Source: Curvularia clavata
Taxonomy: Eukaryota
DNA: 64,000 bases
Reading direction: 5' to 3'
NCBI GenBank assembly: GCA_023920165.1
Contig: CP089275.1
Location: 310,001-374,000 of the forward strand
In this document: positions 26,001 to 36,235 of the stretch, one piece after another
How positions within the stretch are numbered: position 1 is the first letter of the stretch
How the letters are laid out: every line of letters starts with the position of its first letter
Translations under genes and position numbers: made by a program
Notes under the pieces: model-generated
Told to the model about the DNA's origin: nothing
Database searches by the model: none
Seen by the model: the letters and a program-made list of their open reading frames with translations, nothing else

Positions 26001-27373
26001 CCTAATCTCATCTCACCGCCAACATAAAGTGCCTCCCCCCAACGGCCCTCGCACAAGTCGCACGCTGCTTTCAAGCAATCATAGGCGTTCCATCTGGTGC
26101 TTGTGCAGAATTCAGAAAAGTACCTGCTTGCGTAAGATGACCATGCTTAGAAAATGCGCTCTAAATAGTCGGATTCAACTCTTGATAAAGAGCGAACACC
26201 TTCGTGAGCTGCAAAAACCGAGACACTTTGAGATGAACAACGCCTGCAGGGATCTATCGGATTCTGGATACTTCTTTTTTTTACATGAATGGCGGTGGAG
26301 GTCGCTGCATCCAGAAAGCCCACATCATTTTGCCTTCTTAATCGATAAGTTTGGTAGGCCCAAACGTGGGAGGAGGGATTCAAAGCGAGATAGACAGTTA
26401 TGGTGGACTATCGCGATGCATCCGAACATGTTGTAATACATTGTTCCTATATCATCAACTAACCTTAGTCGTTCGTTAATCGCACATTACCTTTCACTAC
26501 GGGGACGAATGCAGCCCGAAAAGGCCACTGCTGGCTGTGTAATATCCTGACTCCTTGCAGCCTATTAGTCAATATGTTGCACAGCTTCCTGACATAAAAC
26601 GGGCCATGGAAAGTCTTACAGCCTATTTGCAATCAAGAAGATAGTAATCTCGACATGTTGGGTCGTCCGAAGTTTGTAAAATCCGACGCTAGCGTGCTTA
26701 GACTAGACTTACACTAAGCTGTACATGGTGGTGGGTGGGGGCCATTTCGAACGAGCCTACTTCTTCCGATATGGTAGATATGCTGTCCATGGCATTCTGT
26801 CTACATCACTTGCATCATCGAGTCAAAGTGGTGGTAGAAACTGATGTAAGAAGTTTGATGTTGGGGTCGCTGTGGCATTTGCTGCAGCTACTAGTGAAAT
26901 AGCCTAGTCATGATCTAATTCTGTCTTTTGCGGGACCCTTCTCGTCTCACAGCCACCGCCTCGCAACACCGACAATGCAGTGCAAGGGAAGACCCGCATC
27001 TTGTTCCAACCAACCTTGGGCTTTCAAAACGGGGGCAGATGCACGTTGTGCTATTCCACATCGCCGGTATGCCCTATGATGTGGCAAACTCTAGTCTGCA
27101 CTGTCAGCCCTACTAGGCACAGCCTTCAGCTCCTGCACATAAGCCGGGCGCTTCTATCCTCCTGACTTAGGCCGCCTTTACTATATCTCTAGCTTAATCC
27201 AGCTCTTTTGTCCGTCTTGATTTTCTTTCACACACAAACACTAACTCGTCGTTTCCGCAGCCACTCTTGCACGGTTCGCATCGTGGGTTGCGATAACACC
27301 CCTCCATCCTAGGCGTGCTGGCACTGGTCCTTACCTAAGCAATAAACAATTCTACAGCAATACACACATTCAA

Positions 27374-28273
27374 ATGTCGAAGATGCGACGCCTATCGGGC
27401 CTATTTTCTGGGTCCAAGACCTCTTTCCAAGTTCTCTCAGACCTCAACCTAGACCACGAATCACAATATCTCACCTTTCACATACCCGTAGCAGCGCCAT
27501 ATCTAATCCTAGCCGGAAACATTGGCCGTCTGGTCGATTATGAGCAATATCTAGCCTTCCTAATCCGGCGATGCAACCTCTACGAGAAAGTCTTCCTAGT
27601 TCTCGGCGCACTTGAATTCCATGGAGTCGGATGGATGGAAGGACTGCAATTAGCGCGCCAACTAGAAAAAGAGCCAGCGACACAAGGCAGATTGGAAATC
27701 CTCTACGAAACAAGAAGCGACGTGCCAGGAACAAACATCACGCTACTAGGATGCACACTATGGAGCCACATACCAGAATCAGACGCAACTGCTGCTCTAC
27801 GCAAGATGCCCGAATTTGATGAAGCAAACGGGATCCAAGATTGGAGTGTGCCGAAGCACAACGCAGAGCACAAGCGAGACTTACAGTGGCTCATTGACGA
27901 AGTCAAGAACCCAAAGGCGAGCGACAGCGGTCTGGCTCCTGCTGCTACATCAAGCTCCAAACAGAATCGCCAACTCATTGTAGTTACTGCCTTCTCAGCA
28001 GACCTCCGAGGCACTCTAGAGCCCTGGCAAGTCGACGCGCCATGGGCATCATCATACGGAACGAACCTACTGGACGGCTCTTCTTTCAGCAACGTGAAGA
28101 TGTGGATATCAGGGACAACGGGTCGAACATGCGAGTTCAAACGAGGACAGACAACAGTCTTTAGCAACCAGCGGGGAAGAGTAGGCGAGCACGTTACTGG
28201 CGCGCTCAAAGACGGCTTATCGGAAAAGCAGAAAGTCGGCGTATTCGACGTCATGCGTATCGTTAAGATATAG
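27374..28273 (+). CDS. Calcineurin-like metallophosphoesterase-fold protein with degenerate active site
   Basis: Family scaffold recognisable (FQVLSDL, YLILAG.IG, VFLVLG, LLGCTLWS, DLQWL, SNQRG) but metal ligands are substituted. Confidence 0.8.
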   Translation: MSKMRRLSGLFSGSKTSFQVLSDLNLDHESQYLTFHIPVAAPYLILAGNIGRLVDYEQYLAFLIRRCNLYEKVFLVLGALEFHGVGWMEGLQLARQLEKEPATQGRLEILYETRSDVPGTNITLLGCTLWSHIPESDATAALRKMPEFDEANGIQDWSVPKHNAEHKRDLQWLIDEVKNPKASDSGLAPAATSSSKQNRQLIVVTAFSADLRGTLEPWQVDAPWASSYGTNLLDGSSFSNVKMWISGTTGRTCEFKRGQTTVFSNQRGRVGEHVTGALKDGLSEKQKVGVFDVMRIVKI

Positions 28274-28501
28274 TAATAATTCCATGTTACGGTCAAACAT
28301 CCTTAATCACCTGCCTTTGTATGCTTTTCGCGTGCGGAATGCGAAGTACGAGACCCACAATCCTGTCCAACCCCGCAATGCTGACCAATCTTTTCTTTGT
28401 ATCAGCGTTGTTGCCTATTCACTACGTATAAATGACGAGTCAGTGCGTCTTGGTTTGATATATCTTGGTCAGCTCTGCAGTTCGAAGTTTTGGTGTTCGG
28501 T

Positions 28502-28558
28502 ATCCCACTTACTTATCCCACTTACTCATCCCACTTACTCATCCCACTTACTCATCCC
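28502..28558. repeat. 13-bp minisatellite (ATCCCACTTACTY) x4.4
   Basis: Seen directly; ends ~35 bp before the GFA gene ATG. Confidence 0.9.
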
Positions 28559-28593
28559 TCCACTGCCTAGTCCAGAGCATCTCAATCGACAAC

Positions 28594-29703
28594 ATGAGCG
28601 ACAATACAGTTGCGTTGACAATAACATGTCTCTGCAAAGCGAACAAACACTCAGTTACTCTCCCCAAGTCTAGCCTCCCGCTTCAGGCACACGTCTGCCA
28701 CTGTGGCAGCTGCCGTCACATTTCAGGCTCTCTGTACACATCGTTGGCGCTTTGGCCCGCGCCGCGCTCCACGCTCGACCTCTCGGGTTACAAGACCTTC
28801 AGCTTCAGCGAGCACTTTGAGGCATTGTTCTGTCCGACATGCTCTGCGACTGTTTGGGGCGCCGCCAAGGACGAGACGAGGCCGCTCTTTGTGCAAACGG
28901 GCTCACTGGAAAATATCGCATGCGATGTTGAAGTAGTAAGATGGAATGCTCAAGGCTACGTGGGTGATACGCTTGATGGAGGTGCAAGCCATTGGTTGAA
29001 GAATATGAATGCGTCCGGTCCACCACTGAAGTGTTTCAAGACTAGGCGCGTAGGCGACAATGCGGAGGAACTGCCGGACGACTGGCAATACAACGTGCCA
29101 CGAGACAGCGAAGAGAAACAAGATGCAGTGCCCATCCGGTGTAAATGCCAGGGAGTGCATTTCGTACTACATCGAAATGACTACGAGGGTGTTAAAAATG
29201 AAGACTTAACCTGGAACGTACATCCCACGACTAGGAAGATCAAGGCCGAGATCTGCGGTTGTGACAGTTGCAGATTGCAGGGTGGAACGGATGTGTGTTA
29301 CTGGACGTATACAGATATGGAGAATATCTCGTTTCCCAACGATAAGGACAAGGCGAGCTTTCCTACAGACATGGATGGTTTGCGTGCTTTGATCGACGAG
29401 CATGATCCGCGGATTGGCTCGTTGGGATATTATGAGTCCTCGCCTAATGTGCGTCGGTATTTTTGCGGTACCTGCTCTGCGACAATCTTCTATGCTAACA
29501 AGAAGCGGCCGCGTTTGATTGACATTGCGGTGGGAGTTCTGGAGGCAAAAGACGGTGCGAGAGCGGAGAGTATGTTGTGGTGGCCGTTGAAAGAGGGAAT
29601 TGAGTCTCAGGAGGATGGGAATGGAGGGTGGCGTGAGGGGTTGTTTGACAGGATAGCGAAGGCAGCGACGGAATATGGACGCACGAGGGAATCTTCTGGT
29701 TAA
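28594..29703 (+). CDS. Tandem GFA/Mss4-like (DUF636, CENP-V-like) zinc-binding protein
   Basis: Two sets of CxC / CxCxxCR / FCxxC motifs (TCLCK, CHCGSCR, FCPTCS; RCKCQ, CGCDSCR, FCGTCS); first ATG at 28594. Confidence 0.85.
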   Translation: MSDNTVALTITCLCKANKHSVTLPKSSLPLQAHVCHCGSCRHISGSLYTSLALWPAPRSTLDLSGYKTFSFSEHFEALFCPTCSATVWGAAKDETRPLFVQTGSLENIACDVEVVRWNAQGYVGDTLDGGASHWLKNMNASGPPLKCFKTRRVGDNAEELPDDWQYNVPRDSEEKQDAVPIRCKCQGVHFVLHRNDYEGVKNEDLTWNVHPTTRKIKAEICGCDSCRLQGGTDVCYWTYTDMENISFPNDKDKASFPTDMDGLRALIDEHDPRIGSLGYYESSPNVRRYFCGTCSATIFYANKKRPRLIDIAVGVLEAKDGARAESMLWWPLKEGIESQEDGNGGWREGLFDRIAKAATEYGRTRESSG

Positions 29704-29965
29704 GTAAGATGGTGAGGCTTTGGATACAGCCATTGTCAAGCCCAGAAACGAATAAGCGGAATGCTGCTCGAGGACAAGAAGCTGTTCTTCTCCAAGTAGC
29801 CAGAGATCAGTCGCAGAACTAGAGGTTACGTGCATGTCAACAAAAAGAAAAGCAAAGATAAGGCGTGAGAAGAAAGGGGACGTTGATGAAAGCGCACCGT
29901 ACGAAATCCGTAGGCGCGTTGCACTTGATCTATTCCAGACGTATATCTTAATCAGATTGAAACGG

Positions 29966-30579
29966 CTACAGCCATTCTTGCGGCACTGCTCTTTCTGACC
30001 ACATTCTTTCGCTTTCCCATGCCAGCCAATCTGATCTCGTTGTCGGCAGCAGACCCATTGCATTCACTTTCCAGATACCCAAGGCTAACATGAGCAGATT
30101 GCAGGCAATGTAGACAAGCTTGACTCCGAGCAAGCGGCCGGAAGTGCCAGGAGACTCGTAGGGTGCAAAGGTGCGTTGGAGGCCAAGCATGGCAAGAACA
30201 GGCGTCTTGAAGAGAGTAAAGACCATGAAAACGGAGAAGATCTGAAGGGTATTTCCAGTCATGTACATTCCTGTAATCACAGTCAGCTGCTGTCGAGGCT
30301 AAGCACTCATAGATGGCGGAAAGCCGTACCAAAGGCGTTCATAGGCAGCTGCTTAGCGGGGGCAATGGCAACTTCCCAAGCCTTCTTCATCTTGAGTGTG
30401 TCCATCTCTTCGGCGGTTGGGGGCACTCGTTGGTTCTTGGAAGCTTGGGAGCGCTCCTTCTTGGTCAGTGAGGCTGTGTAGCCCGGGGGGTCGACGAGGG
30501 ATGCATTCTTGGGAGCGGATGCGGGCGTCGAGTTGAGATCAAGCACCCATTGCGGGGGCGGCGGAGGTGCGGCGGCCAT
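29966..30579 (-). CDS. EMC4: ER membrane protein complex subunit 4; exons 30579-30330, 30270-29966
   Basis: KKAWEVAIAPAKQLPMNAF|GMYMTGNTLQIFS ... KVNAMGLLPTTRSDWLAW; 59-nt GT-AG intron. Confidence 0.92.
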
Positions 30580-31038
30580 GTCTACAGATGCTCCTGGCTG
30601 TAGCTTGAAGGGAAGGCGGCTGGCGATGGCGGAGGTAGTAGTGGTAGCGGTAGTGGTGGTGTTGGGGCACAGATGCGGCAAAGGCTGACGAGATGGCCGT
30701 GGTGTTGCGGAGCGCGCCGTATGTGGAGAAAGACAAGTGATCCACAGCGGCTGGCCTTGGCAGGGATGCACGTCCCCTCCTCCGTTGTTGACCGCCGCCG
30801 GACGTCCCTAAAAGTTACCATCAACCTCCAAATCGAGCCCTATTCACCCCGTCACCCAGATCCAAGCCCCTCGTCCACGTCCCTCCGACATGCGCGACGC
30901 CATCCACGCCACATAAACGAGCGAATCAGCCACAATCAACCCCGCACATCCGCCTCCACGCGCCAAGAGAGGGGCCCAGCTGGACGAGGGAGGTTATCTT
31001 GAAGGCATACAGGCAGGCAGGCAGGTCATCAGCCCACC

Positions 31039-33401
31039 ATGAGCCAGGGCGGCCAGGATGCGAAGCTCTTCGCAAGGGTACGTCTGCACCTCTACTTCCC
31101 GTCAGTATCGCTGTTCCTTGTCCACTACGACTTGACAGTCTGAGACGATGCATCATGATCATGTTTCTCCCCTATACTTTCGACAACACAAGCTTACACG
31201 CGAGCCGCACTCCACAGGGCAAGGTCGCCGAACTCCGTCTCGAGCTCAACAGCGGCGGCAAGAAGGACAAGAACTTCTCCGCCAAGAAAACGGCCCTCAA
31301 GAAGATTGTCGCCAACATGACCATGAGCAACAATGACATGGTTGCCCTCTTCTCGGACATTGTTGGTTGCATGCACATTCCCAGCCTTGAGATCAAGAAG
31401 ATGTGCGTCGCCCTCTGCATCCGACGGCCGAACCGCGCTGACGACGATCCAGGTGCTTCCTGTATTTGGTCAACTATGCCAGGATAAAACCCGACATTGC
31501 CCTCAAAGCACTGCCCATCATACAGGAGGACATGAACGACACCAATCCCCTTGTGCGCGCCCTCGCCCTACGGACCATGTCCTACATCCACGTTCGCGAG
31601 TTTGTCGAAGCCACCGTACCCCACTTGAAGAACCTCCTCAAAGACGCCGACCCCTATGTCCGAAAAACTGCCGCATTTTGTGTTGCAAAACTCTACGACC
31701 ACGACCGACACTTGGTGGAACAGTCAGACCTCATCGACAGGTTAAACGGCATGCTGAGAGACGAGAACCCCACCGTAGTGTCAAGTGCACTTGCAAGTCT
31801 TATGGACATCTGGGAGCGGAGCGAGAACATCAAACTCACGATTGACTACGCGAGTGCATCCAAGATTGTGTCGATTCTACCAGACTGCTCAGAATGGGGT
31901 CAGACGTACATCCTCGAGGCCATGATGAACTATGTTCCACAAGACAGTAGCGAAGCCGCCATCCTCGCCGAGCGTATATCACCCCGTCTTTCACACTCCA
32001 ATTCGGCCGTTGTTCTTACCTGCATCCGCGTCATTCTTTACCTAATGAATTATATATCCGACCAAAAAGTCATCACTTCTTTGTGCAACAAGCTCTCCCC
32101 GCCCTTGGTCACACTTCTCTCCAAGGGCCCAGAGATTCAGTACTTGGCTCTTCGTAATGCGCTTCTTATTCTGCAACGCCGGCCAGAAGTTTTGCGAAAC
32201 GACATTCGCGTTTTTTTCTGTAAATACAATGACCCCATATACGTCAAGGTCACCAAGCTGGAGCTTATCTTTATGCTTGCTACTGAGCGCAACATCAAGG
32301 AGGTGCTGACGGAGCTCGCAGAGTAAGTCTTGTCTACAGTCTGTTATGTTTCTATTGCTCACAACAACTAGATATGCCACTGAAATTGACGTCGACTTTG
32401 TTCGCAAATCGGTGCGCGCAATCGGAAAGCTCGCTATCAAGATTGCGCCAGCGGCGCAGCTCTGCATCAGCACCCTTCTCTCGCTTGTCAGCACCAAGGT
32501 GTCCTACATTGTACAAGAGGCCACAGTGGTGATTCGCAACATCTTCCGCAAATACCCCAATCAATACGAGTCCATCATCTCTACACTGTGTGAGAACCTC
32601 GACTCCCTGGACGAACCCGAAGCAAAGGCTGCCATGATATGGGTCATTGGCGAGTATGCCGACCGAATAGAAGACTCGGATGTCCTTCTCGAGGATTTCT
32701 TGGATACCTTCCAAGAAGAGACGCACGAGGTGCAGCTGGCCCTTCTCACAGCGACGGTCAAACTATTCATTCAGAGACCCACTCGAGGGTCCGCCATTGT
32801 ACCAAAAGTACTCAAGTGGGCCACTGAAGAAACAGACAACCCTGACCTCCGCGACCGAGGATACATGTATTGGCGTCTCCTCTCCTCAGCACCTGAAGAA
32901 GCCAAAAAGATTGTCATGGGCGAGAAGCCTCCCATCACCGCCGAAGAGTCGGAGAAACTGGACCCCAGCACGTTGGAAGAGATGTGTCTTAATGTTGGTA
33001 CACTGGCGACAGTCTACCTCAAGCCAGTCAACCAAGTCTTCCGCAGCGCCCGGCCGAGGAAGCTGCAAGATTCGCCTGCTCTGAGAAAGGAGGAGCTTCC
33101 TACTTTCAAAGCAGCTCAGCAGGCTCGGGAGCGCTCTGCGGCTGAGCGGACCAAGCTCGACACAACGACTAATGGCCATGGCACTCTAAGCCCACCCAAC
33201 GGCAACGGCATGGCCGGTGCTGTGAATGAGGCCGACATGTATTTTGCCAGCGTCGGACGACAGAGCTCATTTGGTGGAAGTCCGATTTCCGCGGATCCAG
33301 TCGGTGGAGTAGGAGGAGGATGGGTGGTGAATCAGAACGAGCCGCAACACATGGTAATGAGTCCAGGAGTGCATGATGGAAACCAAGACTTGTTGCTTTG
33401 A
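31039..33401 (+). CDS. APL1: AP-2 adaptor complex beta subunit; exons 31039-31077, 31218-31402, 31453-32322, 32372-33401
   Basis: [18 protein letters not shown]-terminus typical of fungal AP-2 beta; adaptin motifs [54 protein letters not shown]. Confidence 0.88.
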
Positions 33402-33668
33402 ACGCTATGTGAATGGATACTTGTACATAGGGTAGTAATATACGTAGGTCAGGCAGACCTGATGTTGTGTTCGTATTGCATGCTGCAGCATTCGAAGAGG
33501 ATGCTTGGTTTTTTCATTCAAGCATACTTTAGTCTTTTCATTCATCCAAAAGTACATAATAATGTTAAAGAATGCTACCCACAACCCCGAACGCCCGCAT
33601 CGAATGGAAGAGAAAGGTTGCAAATATCACATGCGTCCAGCCAGAAAAAGTTTCTTGGTGTTTTTTTT

Positions 33669-34642
33669 TCAATCATCAGCCAACAGTGGCGCCCTCTCGC
33701 GATCCTCGCTGACCACTTGACCACGTGGGAAAGGATCACGACCGAGTAGGCCCGGCATAGCGACGGCAAGACCGAGCACGAACAAGAGGCCACCAATGGA
33801 GAAAGCAAAGATCCACTGCAGTTGCAGAAGATGTGGGCGTGTAAGGAACTGGCCTACTCCGGTTGCTAGAATGTTTGTTAGCTGGTACTATTCAAGATAT
33901 TACACAAGAATCAGACGGGGGTGTTGGAAGTAGAAAGGAAAAGAAGAGACGTACAAAACGCCAGAAGCGAGAGAGCAAAGCTCATAGTATAATCCTTGTA
34001 CGCAACGAGGAAAAACAGGCCAAACCCCAGCCAGCCCCAGATAAGCACATTGCAGACGATGCGAAAAGCTTCATGGTTGGTATGCAAAGCAATCGCACCG
34101 CACCAGTCCATAGCAACAAAGTTCCATGCAAGCGGACCACTCAGGATAGCGATGTGAATAGCACGTGGCGTAGTGCTATGGCGGAAATACGCAAACACCA
34201 AGTTGAGGAAGTTGATGATGAGCAGCACCTCTGCGAGCCAGTAGTGGCTACGGACAAAGAGGTTGACGAAGCCGAAGAGCAACAGGTTATTTGCGATAAA
34301 GTGCGAACCGATGTTTGCTGCTGCGTTTACGTACACGGTATCGCTCATGTACAGGGCGTATGCGTAGGCCAGTTGCAGTGTGAAGAGAATGAGCCAGTAG
34401 ATTGAAGTGAAGAGGCTGCTCTGCGCAAAGGGCGTCGGACCATTGTGTTTCCAGAAGCGGTGACTGTCGGGGCCGCTGGGCGAGTGGAATGTGTAATAGA
34501 AAGTTGTGATGACGAGAAGCAGGTAGCTGAGGGAAGTTGTGATTTTGTAGAGCAGGATGGCCTGGGATGAATGCTCGTCGCGTTTGGCAAATGGATTCAG
34601 GTCGTGGCCCGAGGCATCACGGGCGGGCGGGGAGGATGACAT
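33669..34642 (-). CDS. Fungal multi-pass membrane protein (DUF1774-like); exons 34642-33955, 33865-33669
   Basis: NPFAKR, HFIANNLL, SGPLAW and KDYTMSF motifs; after an 89-nt intron, GVGQF...LQWIFAF...ERAPLLADD*. Confidence 0.75.
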
Positions 34643-36235
34643 GGTGGGGATGTCTGGTGAGGAAACCGAGCTTTGGAAGTTGAAACTCAATCGTTGATGG
34701 AACAAGGGAAACCCAGTATATAAAGGTTGAAAGAGGAGGAAAAGAGGAAGAGAAAACCAGACAAGGTCACAGGAGCAGGTAGGTAAATAACCCACATTCC
34801 AAGTTGCACATACCTGCGTCCCGAACACCCCTAGATATGTACGCCACCCTTCCTTCCTTACTACCAACCCAAAGAGTAAAAACCCACATTAAAACCCCCC
34901 TCCCAGTTTTCCCTTTCTCCAAAACACGCACATGCACATGCGCAATCAGCCCAACCCAACCCAACCCAGTCCAGCCCCATCCCAAACCCAAAAGAAAACC
35001 ACCCAACCAAATACGAGTTAAATGCGACAAAACACGACAAATCAGCAAACAAAGCCGAGCATGAAAAACCACGTCAAAGCACAGAAACCCGATTGGCAAA
35101 ACCTCCGCGCACACACATAGACACACCATTCTTGTTTCGCAATTCTCGTGCTCACGCAACATGCAACCACCACGACCGTGACCACGTTGCTCATGTGTTA
35201 GCCTAAGCTAGGCAGACGCGAAAACGCACCCCCCTTCTCCGAGAGAATGCACGTCACACATACGTATGTACGCTAAAATCCCGAGGCTGGGTGCTATGCT
35301 ATGCTATGTTATGCCACGCCACATAGCTTGCTGTTACTTTTCTACGGGACCCCCCACTTAATAATTCAGGACCCAATATGCGACTGAACATAAACTAATA
35401 TCTAGGTATTGATATGGTGAATTTTTGTTTCGCTTCTCTTCTATCTGCTCCTTTCTCTCCGGGTAAGACAGAGAGAGAGAACGGGAGGAAAGTAAGGGTC
35501 GCATGTTGTGATTGGACGCAGAGACGTTGGGAGATGCGGGGGCGGGGCCCAAGGAGCGGGCGCTTAGGCAGGGTAATGGGAAATGCGAGGTGTGGCGTTA
35601 GTGTTGGGGTTCGGGGGTGTTGTGGTACTTTGGAGAGGTAGACGGATGTACAAATATACATCCGGTAGGTAGACAGGCGGGTCAGCGGGTTGTTGTAGGT
35701 TACGGATTAGTGGACTAGAAAAGCATCTTGTTGAGGACTCGTTCAGATGCGATGGGAGCAGGAAGGCAAGACTCGGATTTGAAGGGTATCTCTCTCTCTC
35801 CAGACTTGATCAAACTACATACTCGTACTTTGTACAAATTCACATCCAACGAAGCCAAGGGTACGAGAAACCCCATGCTAAGCCAAATCGCCCATACACC
35901 TAGTACGCGGGAGGCCTACAAAAAGGCCCGACTCACCTTCTCTTCGCATCCATGTCTCCGGCTCTCGAGCCGATTCGCCTACGCAACTACTTACAAAAAG
36001 TTGCCCTTGGTATATTTCGCCACTAAAAACGCCCCAAGCAGACATTGTCAGAACAAAAAGAGAAACAACTGCCAACGCCCAACCAGGCAATAATAGCCAC
36101 TCTAAATTACAATCACGCTAATTTTCCCAAATGAATTGGATGACAAGAAGAGTAAAATATTTACAGAAAGCGCCCAACAGGCAATGTGCGACGAGTCGAC
36201 GAGCGTGGCTAGCGAGCAGGCGTGTCGGGTATCTC

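Noticed and set aside
31039..34642. Functional link between AP-2 beta and the neighbouring ERAPLL dileucine-bearing membrane protein
   Set aside because: Adjacency in a eukaryote is weak evidence, and such motifs are common.
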